This document shows, in pieces, positions 40,915-50,272 of a stretch of 64,000 bases of DNA (position 1 is its first letter; each line of letters begins with the position of its first letter). The position numbers were made by a program, and so were the translations under genes. The stretch covers positions 288,001-352,000 of the forward strand of contig CAVQUB010000005.1 in the NCBI GenBank assembly GCA_963716725.1, read 5' to 3'. A model generated the notes under the pieces. The model was not told where the DNA came from. It ran no database searches and saw nothing but the letters and a program-made list of their open reading frames with translations. The DNA comes from an uncultured delta proteobacterium. GTDB lineage: Bacteria; Myxococcota_A; Polyangia; Polyangiales; Polyangiaceae.

Positions 40915-42334
40915 ATGAAGCGGGTCGCGTGCGTGTTGGCGCTGGCCGCGGCGGCGCCGAGCGCGCTGGCGGCGCCGAAGAAGGTGTCCGGGGCCGACCA
41001 GCGTCAGGAGGTGAGCATCACGGTCTACAACCAGAACTTCGGTCTGGTGCGGGAGGTGCGCGAGATCGAGGTGGGCACCGGCACGGTGGACCTCGAGTTC
41101 AGAGACGTCGCGGCGCAGATCCAGCCGCAGACGGTGTCGATCAAGTCGCTGTCGGGCGCGAACTCGCTCTCGGTGCTCGAGCAGAACTACCGCTACGATC
41201 TGCTCACGCCGCAGAAGCTGCTTGGAGAAGCACGTCGGCAAGAAGGTGCGGGTCTGGCGCTGGAACGAGAAGCTCGGCAAGGACGAGCCCTTCGACGCCG
41301 AGGTCCTGAGCGTGGCCGGGGGCCAGACGGTGATGAAGATCGGCGGCGAGGTCACCTACGACTTCCCCGGGCGCATCGCCTTCCCGAGCGTGCCCGAGAA
41401 CCTGATGAGCAAGCCCACCCTGGTGTGGAAGCTCGACAGCAAGCTGGCCAAGCAGAAGGTCGAGGCGACCTACCTGACCCAGAACCTGAACTGGCGCAGC
41501 GACTACGTGTTCGTGATCAACGACGCCGACAGCGCCGGAGATCTCACCGGCTGGGTCACGCTGGTCAACAACTCGGGCGCCTCGTACAAGAACGCCCGGC
41601 TGAAGCTGGTCGCCGGCGACGTGCAGCGAGTGAGCGCCGGCAGCGGCGAGGACTCCGACCTGGGCATGCTCCAATCGGCGCAGCCGACCACCGGCGCGCG
41701 CTTCCAAGAAGAGGGCTTCTTCGAGTACCACCTGTACACGCTGGGCCAGCCCACGGACGTGCTCGAGAACGAGCAGAAGCAGGTGACGCTGCTCGAGGCC
41801 AAGAACGCCAAGGTGCAGAAGAAGCTGATCTACTTCGGGCAGCAGTACTGGTACCGCGGCCGGTACGGCGAGGTGCAGAAGAACCAGAAGGTCGGCGTGT
41901 ACCTCGACGTCCAGAACACGAAGGCCAACGGCCTGGGCATCCCGCTGCCCAAGGGCATCGTGCGGGTCTACAAGGCCGACAAGAGCGGCGCCAAGCAGTT
42001 CATCGGCGAGGACAACATCGACCACACGCCGCGGGACGAGAAGGTGCGCATCAAGATGGGCGAGGCCTTCGACGTGGTGGGCGATCGCAAGCAGATGGAA
42101 TGGCGCACGCTCGGCGCTTGCACCTCGGAGAGCACCTGGGAGATCGAGCTCCGAAACCACAAGGACCAGGCCAGCCGGGTCGAGATCTACGAGCCCATCG
42201 GCGGCGACTGGACCATGGTCGAGAGCACGCACAAACACGACAAGAAGGACGCGCACACCTTCACCTTCGAGGTGAACGTGCCGGCCAACGGCAAGACCAA
42301 GATCAAATACAAGGTCCGCGTGAAGTGGTGCTAG
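40915..42334 (+). CDS. DUF4139-like secreted protein, type B copy 3 (apparent +1 frameshift at ~41222)
   Basis: 1420 nt versus 1419 nt for B1/B2; extra T in CTGCTTGGAG. Confidence 0.82.
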
Positions 42335-42482
42335 TCGCGGGTCAGGCCCGGCGGCGACGCCGGCCCAGCCCAGCGCCGATCCCCAGGCTGATGAGCAGCG
42401 CAGCGAGCCCCGCCGGCCCGCCGGCTCTGCGCGTGCTGCAGCCGCTGCTCTCGTCACTGGTCGAGGAGCACGAACTCGCGTT

Positions 42483-43184
42483 CATACTCCAGGATGCTGA
42501 CCTGCAACCGCATCGGCAAAAAATGTACCTGACTTCGCACGACGACGAGTTCAGGGGGAAGCGCGACGACGTGCTGCGCGTCTACTACGAGACGCCAAAG
42601 AAGGAGCAATCGTGTGCGTCGACGAGAAGACCGGCATCCCGGCGCTCGAACGCCGCTACGCTGACATTCCGATGGTGGCCGGACAGCCCGTCCGCCGCGA
42701 ATTCGAGTACGTCCGCCATGGCACGCTCTGCTGGATGGGAGCGCTCGATGTTCGCCGCGGCAAGCCGTTCGGCTTCATCTCGGACGGGCACGACAGCGAC
42801 ACCTTCGTCGAGCTACTCGACGTCATCGAGGCGGTCTACCCGCCGGGTCGTGGCCACATCATCATGGACGATCTCTCCGCCCACGACACGCCCGACGTGA
42901 ACGAGTGGTTTGACGAGCACCCACGCTGGATGCGCCACTTCACGCCGAAGCACGCGTCGTGGCTCAACCAGATCGAGTGCTGGTTCTCGATCCTCACGCG
43001 CCAACTTCTCGCACGAGGCTCGTTCACGCCAACCGACGACCTCGCGGCGAAGATCGACGCGTACGTCGCGTGGTATCTGCAGACCGACCGACCCTTTCGC
43101 TGGTCGTACCGCCCCAAGTCGTGGGCCGAATCCCGAAAAACCCCCTCACTTTCGGCGAAGAAAGCCGCAACTGTTTCGGAGTGA
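42483..43184 (+). mobile_element. IS630-family transposase remnant (5'-truncated, frameshifted at ~42610)
   Basis: LQPHR..., VCVDEKTGIPAL, EYVRHGT, HIIMDDLSAH, HFTPKHASWLNQIECWFS (DDE motifs). Confidence 0.85.
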
Positions 43185-43205
43185 GGCCCGACCACACGGG
43201 GATGG

Positions 43206-43616
43206 CACAGGAAGGGCGAAAGCTTGGAAGATTTGGGGATGGGACGGACGAGGTGATCGGTGCGCTGATCGAGGTGCATCGGCATCTCGGTCCAGGGCTG
43301 ATGGAATCCGCATATGAGGCCTGTCTATCTGCCGAGCTGTCGGAAAACGACGGCTCAAGTTCGAGCGGCAGCGACCGCTACCAATCCGCTACAAAGGCGT
43401 ACACCTTGACTGCGCCTATCGCCTCGACCTGGTCGCTTTCAGATCGTATCCTCCTGGAGCTCAAGGCGGTCGAGCGGCTGCTCCCGATTCACGAAGCGCA
43501 GGTCATCACCTATCCGCGCCTTTCGCGGTTGCCCGTCGGCCTGCTCGTCAACTTCAGGCCTGCGGACGCTAACGCCTGACCACCCCAAATCCTTCTGCTC
43601 TTCCGCCCTTCCTGTG
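43206..43616 (+). pseudogene. GxxExxY (PD-(D/E)XK-like) protein remnant flanked by imperfect inverted repeats
   Basis: IGALIEVHRHLGPGLMESAYE, ELKAVERLLPIHEAQVITY..L...VGLLVNF; internal frameshifts; IRs at 43206-43238 and 43583-43616. Confidence 0.8.
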
Positions 43617-43675
43617 AGAGCCCAAATGAGCGCAGGTCTCAGGGGCGAATCCACTCGAACTTCGGCCGCGCGGCA

Positions 43676-45598
43676 CTAGGGCAGCGTCGTGATCGCGACG
43701 TTGGCGGCCGCGCTCCCGCCGATGGCGGCGGGAGTGGTCCACGTGCTGTTGATGAGCCGTGAGTGATAGGCCACGCCATCGGACTCGATGAAGGCGACTT
43801 CGACGGCAGCGGTCGCCGCGCCTCTGGTGATCGCAGGCGACGACGTGCTGTTCACGTTCGGTGACGAGATGCCCGCCGGGCTCGACCAGGAGCTGCCCGA
43901 GAAGAACGAGGTGTAGAGCTTGCCGTCGGTGCCCTTGAACGCCAGCGCCGCGCCGCCGCCGGGCAGCGCCGCGAGCGAAGGTCGCGCGCCCGTGATCGCG
44001 CCGGTGATGGCGGCCGGCGTCGTCCAAACACCGCTTGTTCGAGTGGTGAAGAGCAGGTTGCCGGACTGGATTTCGGCGAAGACCACCAGAAGCTCTGGCC
44101 CGGTGCTCAGCGCAACGACCGCCGGGACGATGTAGTAGTCCACCGCGCCGCTGATGAACTGCGGGGACTGCCAGACCGCGCTCACGCGGTCGTCGGAGGA
44201 CAAGGCTCCATCCTGTTCACCGCTCGCATAGACGGCCACGGGCGTGGAGCCGATCACGGTCAGATCTGCGCCGCTAAAGCCGTACTGGTGGTTGCCGCTC
44301 GGCCCGATCGCCTCGGGAGCCGAGAACGTGCCCGCGAACGACATGAAGTAGTGCTTGTCGTCCGTGCCATGGAACGCGAGATGAACGGCCGTCGGGCCAA
44401 CCGCGAGCGCGGGACGGGATTGCGTCGTGATGCCAGTCCCGACGTTGGCGAGTTGGGTCCACCCGCTCGGGGTCCAGGCCGAGTACTGCAGGGCTTGGTC
44501 GTTGACGTGGTTGATCTCGGTGAAACGAACCGCCGCGGCCGCGCCCGCGCCGCCCACCGAGACTAGCGAGACTCCATCGACGGACTTGCTCCCGAGCGAG
44601 CTCGTCGACCAGCTGCCGCCGACGACCAGATCCGCGCCCAGCACCGCGGTCGCGCTGCCGACCACCGCGAGCACGGTGGGACACAGCGGGCAGGTGCCGC
44701 CGCAGTCGACTCCGGTCTCAGCACCGTTTTTCACGCCGTCGGAGCAGGTCGGGGCGTTGCAGGTGTGAGCCGTCGTGTTGCACACCAGCGACGCGCACTG
44801 GCTGCTCGAATTGCACTCGACGCACACGCCGGCGCCGGTGCAGAACTTGCCGCCGTTCTGGGTGCAGGTGCTGTTGATGGTCTTGTTCGGATTCGACGGC
44901 GTGCCGTTGGAGCACAGGTCGTCCGTGCACTGATTGCCATCGACGACGGGGTCGGCGTCGTCGTTCTGGCTGCTGACCGTGCCCGCCCCGTCGCACATGA
45001 CCTTCTTGCAGTCGCTCGGGACCTGCTGTGGTGCAGGGCCTGCTGTGACGAAGGACATCCCGCAGGCGCCCGTGCTGCAGGTGCGGGTCTGGCACGCGTT
45101 ATCCTGGCCCGGACACTCGGACGCTGTGGTGCATCCGCCGGTGCCGCCGGTGCCTCCGGTCGCAGAGCCGCCGGTTCCCGCGGCGCCGCCGGTGCTGCCA
45201 CCGCTGCCCGCCGCGCCGCCGGTGCTGCCGCCGGTTCCCGCGGCGCCGCCGGTGCTGCCACCGCTGCCCGCCGCGCCGCCAGTGCTGCCACCGGTTCCCG
45301 CGGCGCCGCCGGTGCTACCGCCGCTGCCGGCCATGCCACCGCTGCCGGCAACGCCACCGGTTCCACCGCTGCCGCCTGAGCCCCCGCTGGTGGTTCCACC
45401 GCTGCCGCCCGCGCCACCGGTTCCACCGCTGCCGCCTGAGCCCCCGCTGGTGGTTCCACCGCTGCCGCCCACCGATGACCCGGTACCGCCGGTCGAGTCA
45501 TCGATCTCGTCCCGCTCCGGCTTCGTGATCAGCGAGCACCCAATGAGCGGCATGCCGACGGCACCCACGAACCCAATCCGAACCAGCAACGAGCGCAT
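43676..45598 (-). CDS. Surface lipoprotein: Gly/Ser/Thr stalk, Cys-rich repeats, C-terminal beta-propeller (lectin-like)
   Basis: Lipobox LIGC; GGSTGGAAG repeats; PTCSDGVKNGAETGVDCGG; repeated W...P.L blades. Confidence 0.75.
   Translation of the reverse strand: MRSLLVRIGFVGAVGMPLIGCSLITKPERDEIDDSTGGTGSSVGGSGGTTSGGSGGSGGTGGAGGSGGTTSGGSGGSGGTGGVAGSGGMAGSGGSTGGAAGTGGSTGGAAGSGGSTGGAAGTGGSTGGAAGSGGSTGGAAGTGGSATGGTGGTGGCTTASECPGQDNACQTRTCSTGACGMSFVTAGPAPQQVPSDCKKVMCDGAGTVSSQNDDADPVVDGNQCTDDLCSNGTPSNPNKTINSTCTQNGGKFCTGAGVCVECNSSSQCASLVCNTTAHTCNAPTCSDGVKNGAETGVDCGGTCPLCPTVLAVVGSATAVLGADLVVGGSWSTSSLGSKSVDGVSLVSVGGAGAAAAVRFTEINHVNDQALQYSAWTPSGWTQLANVGTGITTQSRPALAVGPTAVHLAFHGTDDKHYFMSFAGTFSAPEAIGPSGNHQYGFSGADLTVIGSTPVAVYASGEQDGALSSDDRVSAVWQSPQFISGAVDYYIVPAVVALSTGPELLVVFAEIQSGNLLFTTRTSGVWTTPAAITGAITGARPSLAALPGGGAALAFKGTDGKLYTSFFSGSSWSSPAGISSPNVNSTSSPAITRGAATAAVEVAFIESDGVAYHSRLINSTWTTPAAIGGSAAANVAITTLP
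45171..45470 (-). repeat. Imperfect 30/60-bp tandem repeats encoding the Gly-rich stalk
   Basis: Visible 60-bp periodicity (ccggttcccgcggcgccgccggtgctgccaccgctgcccg...). Confidence 0.85.
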
Positions 45599-45634
45599 CC
45601 AGAAACCCTACCAGACGGGCCGGCTTCGGGTCAG

Positions 45635-46444
45635 CTACTGCTCGACGAAGTCGAAGACCTCGCCGAGAACGCGCAGAGCCTCGGGGCCCAGCTCACCGTG
45701 GCTCGCGCCTGGCAGCTCCCAGAAACGGGAGCGCACTCCAGCGCGGTCGAAATGCTCGGCGGCGAGCCGATAGGTCCGACGGAACTCCCGGCCGCCGCGG
45801 AGCACCGCGACGCGCTCGGAGCGGCGCACTTTCTCGAAGGCCGGAGGCTCGGGTGCGCTCATCAGCACGGCGCGCCGGTAGCGCTCCGGGTAGAGCCAGG
45901 CGAGGGACTCGGCGCGGGTCGCGCCTTCGGAATAACCCACGATGGTCACGTTCGCAGCGTCGAGCTCGTGCTCAAGCGCCGTCCCAATCGAGCGAATCGC
46001 GCGCTGGATTCGGTAGTCGATGAAGCGGATGTCGTTGCCCCATCGGAAGCGCCCAGGTTGGCCGGCGCAGCTCAGCTCACCATGCAGCGCGATCAGGGTC
46101 GCGTGGGGTTGAACGGCTGGTGCCCACTCGGTCACGGTGCTGGCGTCGCTGCAGAAGCCATGCAGGTACACCACCACTCGCCTCGAGCCGCCTTCGGCCT
46201 GAGCGACCCGCGCTGGAGCCTCCCCCGACACTGGAACGAAGCGCACGGGCGCTCGACCAGGCTCCCGGGGCGGCGTCGAAGTAGTGGGTGCCGCGGCGAC
46301 GGAGCGCGGCGCCGCCGAGTGGGGCTCGGCGCGGGGCAGAGCCGCGACCGCCTCGGCCGCCGCGGGGCTCGAGAACCAGCTCTCGTACGCCGCCGTCGCA
46401 CCTGCCGCTCCAACCAGCAGCGTCAGGACCAAAACACGGCGCAT
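45635..46444 (-). CDS. Exported alpha/beta hydrolase
   Basis: VVYLHG, nucleophile elbow GYSEG, C-terminal PGASH; start approximate. Confidence 0.75.
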   Translation of the reverse strand: MRRVLVLTLLVGAAGATAAYESWFSSPAAAEAVAALPRAEPHSAAPRSVAAAPTTSTPPREPGRAPVRFVPVSGEAPARVAQAEGGSRRVVVYLHGFCSDASTVTEWAPAVQPHATLIALHGELSCAGQPGRFRWGNDIRFIDYRIQRAIRSIGTALEHELDAANVTIVGYSEGATRAESLAWLYPERYRRAVLMSAPEPPAFEKVRRSERVAVLRGGREFRRTYRLAAEHFDRAGVRSRFWELPGASHGELGPEALRVLGEVFDFVEQ

Positions 46445-46500
46445 GCGATCCATTTTGGCATGGGGCCGCGGACCGCGCCCCTTTTCGGCGACGCGCCTGC

Positions 46501-47490
46501 TCAAGTACGGGTGACGACGCGATTGCGCCCGAGCCGTTTTGCCTCGTACATCGCCGCGTCCGCCGCCGCCAAGAGCGCGTCGGGGCCAGGGTACGAGTAC
46601 TCGGGACCCGCGAAGGCAATGCCGATGCTGACGGAGAGGTGGGGGACGTCTTCGAGGGGGAGCGACAGGTTTGCGATGTGCGCGCGCAGGCGTTCTGCGA
46701 GGATCATGGCGTTTTCGCGGGTGACCCGCCGCGCGACGACCACGAACTCGTCCCCACCGAAGCGCGCCAGCAGGTCTTCGGGTCGAAGCACGCGCTGCAT
46801 GGCTGCCGCCACCACCCGCAGCACGGCGTCGCCCATGTGGTGGCCCTGGGTGTCGTTGATCTGCTTGAAGCGGTCGATGTCGACCAGAAACACCGCGATG
46901 GTGTCGGAGTGACGTTGGGCGAAGGAAACCTCACTCGCGAGGCGCTCCACCAGGTAACGCCGGTTGTGCAGCGACGTCAGCGCGTCCCGCACGGTCGAGT
47001 CGAACAGGGCCCGCGCCGACTCTTCTTCGACCTCGTCTGCCAGCGACAGTTTGAGCAGCGTGTGGCCTCCGAGTCGGATGCGCGACCCAGCCCCGAGGCG
47101 GGTGGGCTCTCGGATGCGGCGCTCACCGACGAAGGTCCCGTTGGTGCTGCCGAGGTCCTCGACCCAGATGTGCCCCTCACGCAGGAAGATCCGGGCGTGG
47201 GCCCAGCTCAGGCCCGGATCGTCGAGCACGAAGCCCGAGCTCCCGCCGCGACCGATCACGATTCCCCCCTCTTCGACGCGGATCACGCGGCCGAGGGGAT
47301 CGCCTCGGAGTACCGTCAACAGGTAGCGGTCGCCGGTCGGAGTCGGCTGCTCCGCAGCGACGGCTTCGGCGATCTCGGCGATGCTCGGGGCGCGGATCTT
47401 GGTCGTGCTGATCCGAAGCGGTCGCCGCGACGTACGACGAGAAGTGTCGCGCGGACGGCGGCTGGTCGGGATCATGGCGCTCGAGTTCAT
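46501..47490 (-). CDS. FHA-domain diguanylate cyclase
   Basis: FHA (IGR, S..HA, DLGSTNGT) and GGDEF (DIDRFKQINDTQGH..GD, RPED I-site, ARFGGDEF). Confidence 0.92.
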   Translation of the reverse strand: MNSSAMIPTSRRPRDTSRRTSRRPLRISTTKIRAPSIAEIAEAVAAEQPTPTGDRYLLTVLRGDPLGRVIRVEEGGIVIGRGGSSGFVLDDPGLSWAHARIFLREGHIWVEDLGSTNGTFVGERRIREPTRLGAGSRIRLGGHTLLKLSLADEVEEESARALFDSTVRDALTSLHNRRYLVERLASEVSFAQRHSDTIAVFLVDIDRFKQINDTQGHHMGDAVLRVVAAAMQRVLRPEDLLARFGGDEFVVVARRVTRENAMILAERLRAHIANLSLPLEDVPHLSVSIGIAFAGPEYSYPGPDALLAAADAAMYEAKRLGRNRVVTRT

Positions 47491-47624
47491 ACAAAGTACG
47501 TGCCGGGTCCCGAGGGCGCCGGAGATAGCCGTAGTTCCGCGGCTGTACGCTAGTGGCGTCGGGGCACCGCCCCCGCACGAATTGCACTTTCAGTGTGGGG
47601 AAGTGCACCGGATTGCGGCAAAAC

Positions 47625-49001
47625 TCACCAGCGACGCCCGGGCGGGGCGTTCTTCAACACTGCGGTTCCGTGCACTTCTTCGTTGGCTATGCTCTTCGAG
47701 ATTTCGTCGTACAGCGCGCGCATGCGACGGAAGTCTTCGCGACGGTGCTCGGTGAGGGTCTTGCGTTCCTTCGGATCGTTGGCGAGGTCGTACATCAGCC
47801 AGCGTTCGTCGTCCCCCCGGGAGATGAGCTTGAGATCTCCGTCGATGATCGCGCGCCGTCGATCTTGCAGGTTGTCCCGAGGCAGGTCCGCGACGACAGG
47901 CCGTGGCGGAAGGCTGCCGCCAAAAAGCTCGGGCACTAGGCTCTTGCCGCGGAGGGGCGGCGCGATCTCGACGCCCATCAGCTCGAGGATGGTCGGGGAA
48001 AGGTCAATGTGGCTGCGCGGGGTGTCGATGCGTCGGGGCGCCGCGTCGGGCACCAGGAAGAGGAGCGGAACGTGGATCAACGACTCCCAGAGCTCGTAGC
48101 CGTGCCGCACCTGGCCGTGCTCGCCGAAGCTCTCGCCATGATCGGCGCTGACGATCACCGCTGTACGCTTGCCCCACTCCTGCTTCTCGATCCATGAGAT
48201 CAGGTCGCCCACCGCGCGATCGGTGAACCACATCTCTGCATCATAGAGATCACGCGGCTCGTCCCCGAAGACTGGCGCGTCCTCGTGTTCGATGTATTCG
48301 TGGTGCGGATCCATGTAGTGGAAGTAGGCAAACAGGCGCCGCTCGCCGCTGGGGTCGGCGTTCTTGGCCAGGATCCGCTTGGCGGCAGCGGTCAGCCGCT
48401 CGCTCGTCGGCTTTGGCTCGGGGTTGTTGTAGATCGTGCCCGAGAGCACCAAGTAGTCGTCGAACCCTTGCTTCATCGACGGGTGGTAGAAATAGGCGTG
48501 GGCGTGGGCGGCGATGGCGCGATGTCCGGCCGCCTGTAGTCGCTCGCCCAAGAACAAATTCTCGGGGTACCACTGGGTGAAGAAGTACCCCGTCCGCGCC
48601 ATCTCGCTCGCGTACTTTCCGACCAAGAGCGGCGCAGCCGAGCGGGCGGTCACGCTGGAGAGCGAATAGGCGCGCGTGTAGCTCACGCTGCGCTTCTCGA
48701 GAGCCGTGAGGCGCGGCGCGATCTTCCGTCGGTAGCCTGCCCAGGGCATGTCAGCGCGCATGCTGTCGATCAGAATCAACACCACGTTGAGCGGGGCGCG
48801 GCTCGGCTCCGGAGGTCCCGCGTCCACCGCGACTTTGAGGTCGTCGGGCGGGGTTTCTTGGCTCGAGGTGCCCGGGGCGGAGGCTGCGCTCGGGCTCGGG
48901 GCCGTCGCCTCGGTGCCAGTCGTCGACTTGCTACGGCTGGTGCTGCAGGCGCCCAAGCCGAGGGCCAGCGCTAGCGTGAGCTCGAGCAGCAGGCGCGGCA
49001 T
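47625..49001 (-). CDS. Sulfatase / alkaline-phosphatase superfamily lipoprotein
   Basis: Lipobox LGAC; NVVLILIDSMRAD, HYMDPH, SADHGE, HG..LWE..IHVPL. Confidence 0.85.
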   Translation of the reverse strand: MPRLLLELTLALALGLGACSTSRSKSTTGTEATAPSPSAASAPGTSSQETPPDDLKVAVDAGPPEPSRAPLNVVLILIDSMRADMPWAGYRRKIAPRLTALEKRSVSYTRAYSLSSVTARSAAPLLVGKYASEMARTGYFFTQWYPENLFLGERLQAAGHRAIAAHAHAYFYHPSMKQGFDDYLVLSGTIYNNPEPKPTSERLTAAAKRILAKNADPSGERRLFAYFHYMDPHHEYIEHEDAPVFGDEPRDLYDAEMWFTDRAVGDLISWIEKQEWGKRTAVIVSADHGESFGEHGQVRHGYELWESLIHVPLLFLVPDAAPRRIDTPRSHIDLSPTILELMGVEIAPPLRGKSLVPELFGGSLPPRPVVADLPRDNLQDRRRAIIDGDLKLISRGDDERWLMYDLANDPKERKTLTEHRREDFRRMRALYDEISKSIANEEVHGTAVLKNAPPGRRW

Positions 49002-49003
49002 GC

Positions 49004-50128
49004 TCACCACTCGAAGATGGCGTAGTGCTCGACGGGCGTTCGGTTCATCAGTCCGTCGATGAAGATCAGCGTGGCCGTCTCGGGGGTGCCGGCTGCCCCC
49101 GCCGCCCCACCGCGATAGTCGACCCGATCGCCGTCCGTGGTCAGCTGCCTCAACTCGCCCGGCTGGGGCTCACCTCGTGCCCAAGCTCCGAGGAGCTCGC
49201 GGCACTTGGCGTCGCTGACGTGACCGATGACCTGGGTGAGCCCCAAGGGCAGGCGCCGCGGATCGAAGCGGCGGCCGAGCGGGTCGGACAGGTCGTGTCC
49301 GCGATTCGACGGCGCCTCGGGATTCGCTGGTCGATGATAGAGCATCCCGCCGCCCTCGCCCCGAGCCATGTGTCCCGGGCGATGGAGTGACGCGACCACG
49401 AGGCCACCCTGCACGTGAGCTGCAACCGCGGCGTCGAGGGCGGTATTGAGCGCGTTCGCGACGGCGACTGCTCCGCCGCGCTGGGGCGCGTTGATGGACT
49501 CGAGATGGTCGCGAGTCACGCCGGCGTGACAGAAGAGCAGGCGGTCGTCGGCCGCATGCGCGAGGCGCAAGCGGCGCGCGCGCAGCAACGCCCAGACGAG
49601 GTCGCGTTGCGCGACGCTGAAGGCCGAGAGGTCGCGCGCCGCGACCTCGGCCGTGGCGAAGCTGGGGTGAGCGTTGCAAAACTCTCGCTCGAGCTCCCGG
49701 TCCGGATCGCCAGCGCGATAGGCCAGGAGGGCCCGCTCGTGGGCCACGCTGAACGAAGCGTCGTCGAACTCGGCCAGCTCGCCGACTCGACCCAGATCGT
49801 GGTTGCCCGCGATCAACCTGACCTGATCGGGCGGGTGGCTCGCGAGCCAGCTCAGAATCGCCAGCCCGTCCCGCGCCGCGTCGAAGCGTTCCGCGCTCGA
49901 GCCGAAGTCGAAGTGATCGCCGATCGAGACGAACTCGACGTCGGCCGCGAGGCGTCCGTCGTCGCCGAGCAGGCCGTGCCGCTCCAGCACCTCTAAGAAC
50001 CTGCGGAGCGGTGCTTGGGGATCGCCTACCGCCACCCGGCGCGTGCGGCGGAGTCCATCCGCGGCGCAGGGTTGCCACTGCCCGGACGCGAGGTCGCGAG
50101 CGCGGCGTTCAGCGAGCTCGGCGCGCAC
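49004..50128 (-). CDS. Calcineurin-like metallophosphoesterase
   Basis: GDPQ, GDHFD, GNHD, HAG, QVIGH motifs. Confidence 0.8.
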   Translation of the reverse strand: MRAELAERRARDLASGQWQPCAADGLRRTRRVAVGDPQAPLRRFLEVLERHGLLGDDGRLAADVEFVSIGDHFDFGSSAERFDAARDGLAILSWLASHPPDQVRLIAGNHDLGRVGELAEFDDASFSVAHERALLAYRAGDPDRELEREFCNAHPSFATAEVAARDLSAFSVAQRDLVWALLRARRLRLAHAADDRLLFCHAGVTRDHLESINAPQRGGAVAVANALNTALDAAVAAHVQGGLVVASLHRPGHMARGEGGGMLYHRPANPEAPSNRGHDLSDPLGRRFDPRRLPLGLTQVIGHVSDAKCRELLGAWARGEPQPGELRQLTTDGDRVDYRGGAAGAAGTPETATLIFIDGLMNRTPVEHYAIFEW

Positions 50129-50272
50129 GGTGGGAGGCTAGCCTTTGTGACGCGCTATGCAATCGGTGCGTAGCTCGGCGCCGCGGGTCAGTGGGTCGGA
50201 GCGCTCCCCCTCGGGAATCGCCCCGATTTCCTCCGGCATGGACGCTGCATCTCGTGCGCCCCGGAGGTCGCG

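Noticed and set aside
35134..42334. Diversity-generating retroelement as the source of the variable cassettes
   Set aside because: No reverse transcriptase or template repeat in the window; the cassettes differ at all base types rather than only at adenines, and they are internal rather than C-terminal.
35134..42334. Array as a pure assembly duplication
   Set aside because: Each copy has a unique cassette and many synonymous differences, so these are distinct paralogues.
36629..42900. Long ORF-track fusions (941 aa, 1151 aa) and the 1108 aa ORF at 57161-60487
   Set aside because: They arise from off-frame read-through in GC-rich DNA and the +1 errors; real gene boundaries are marked by repeated signal peptides and stop/start overlaps.
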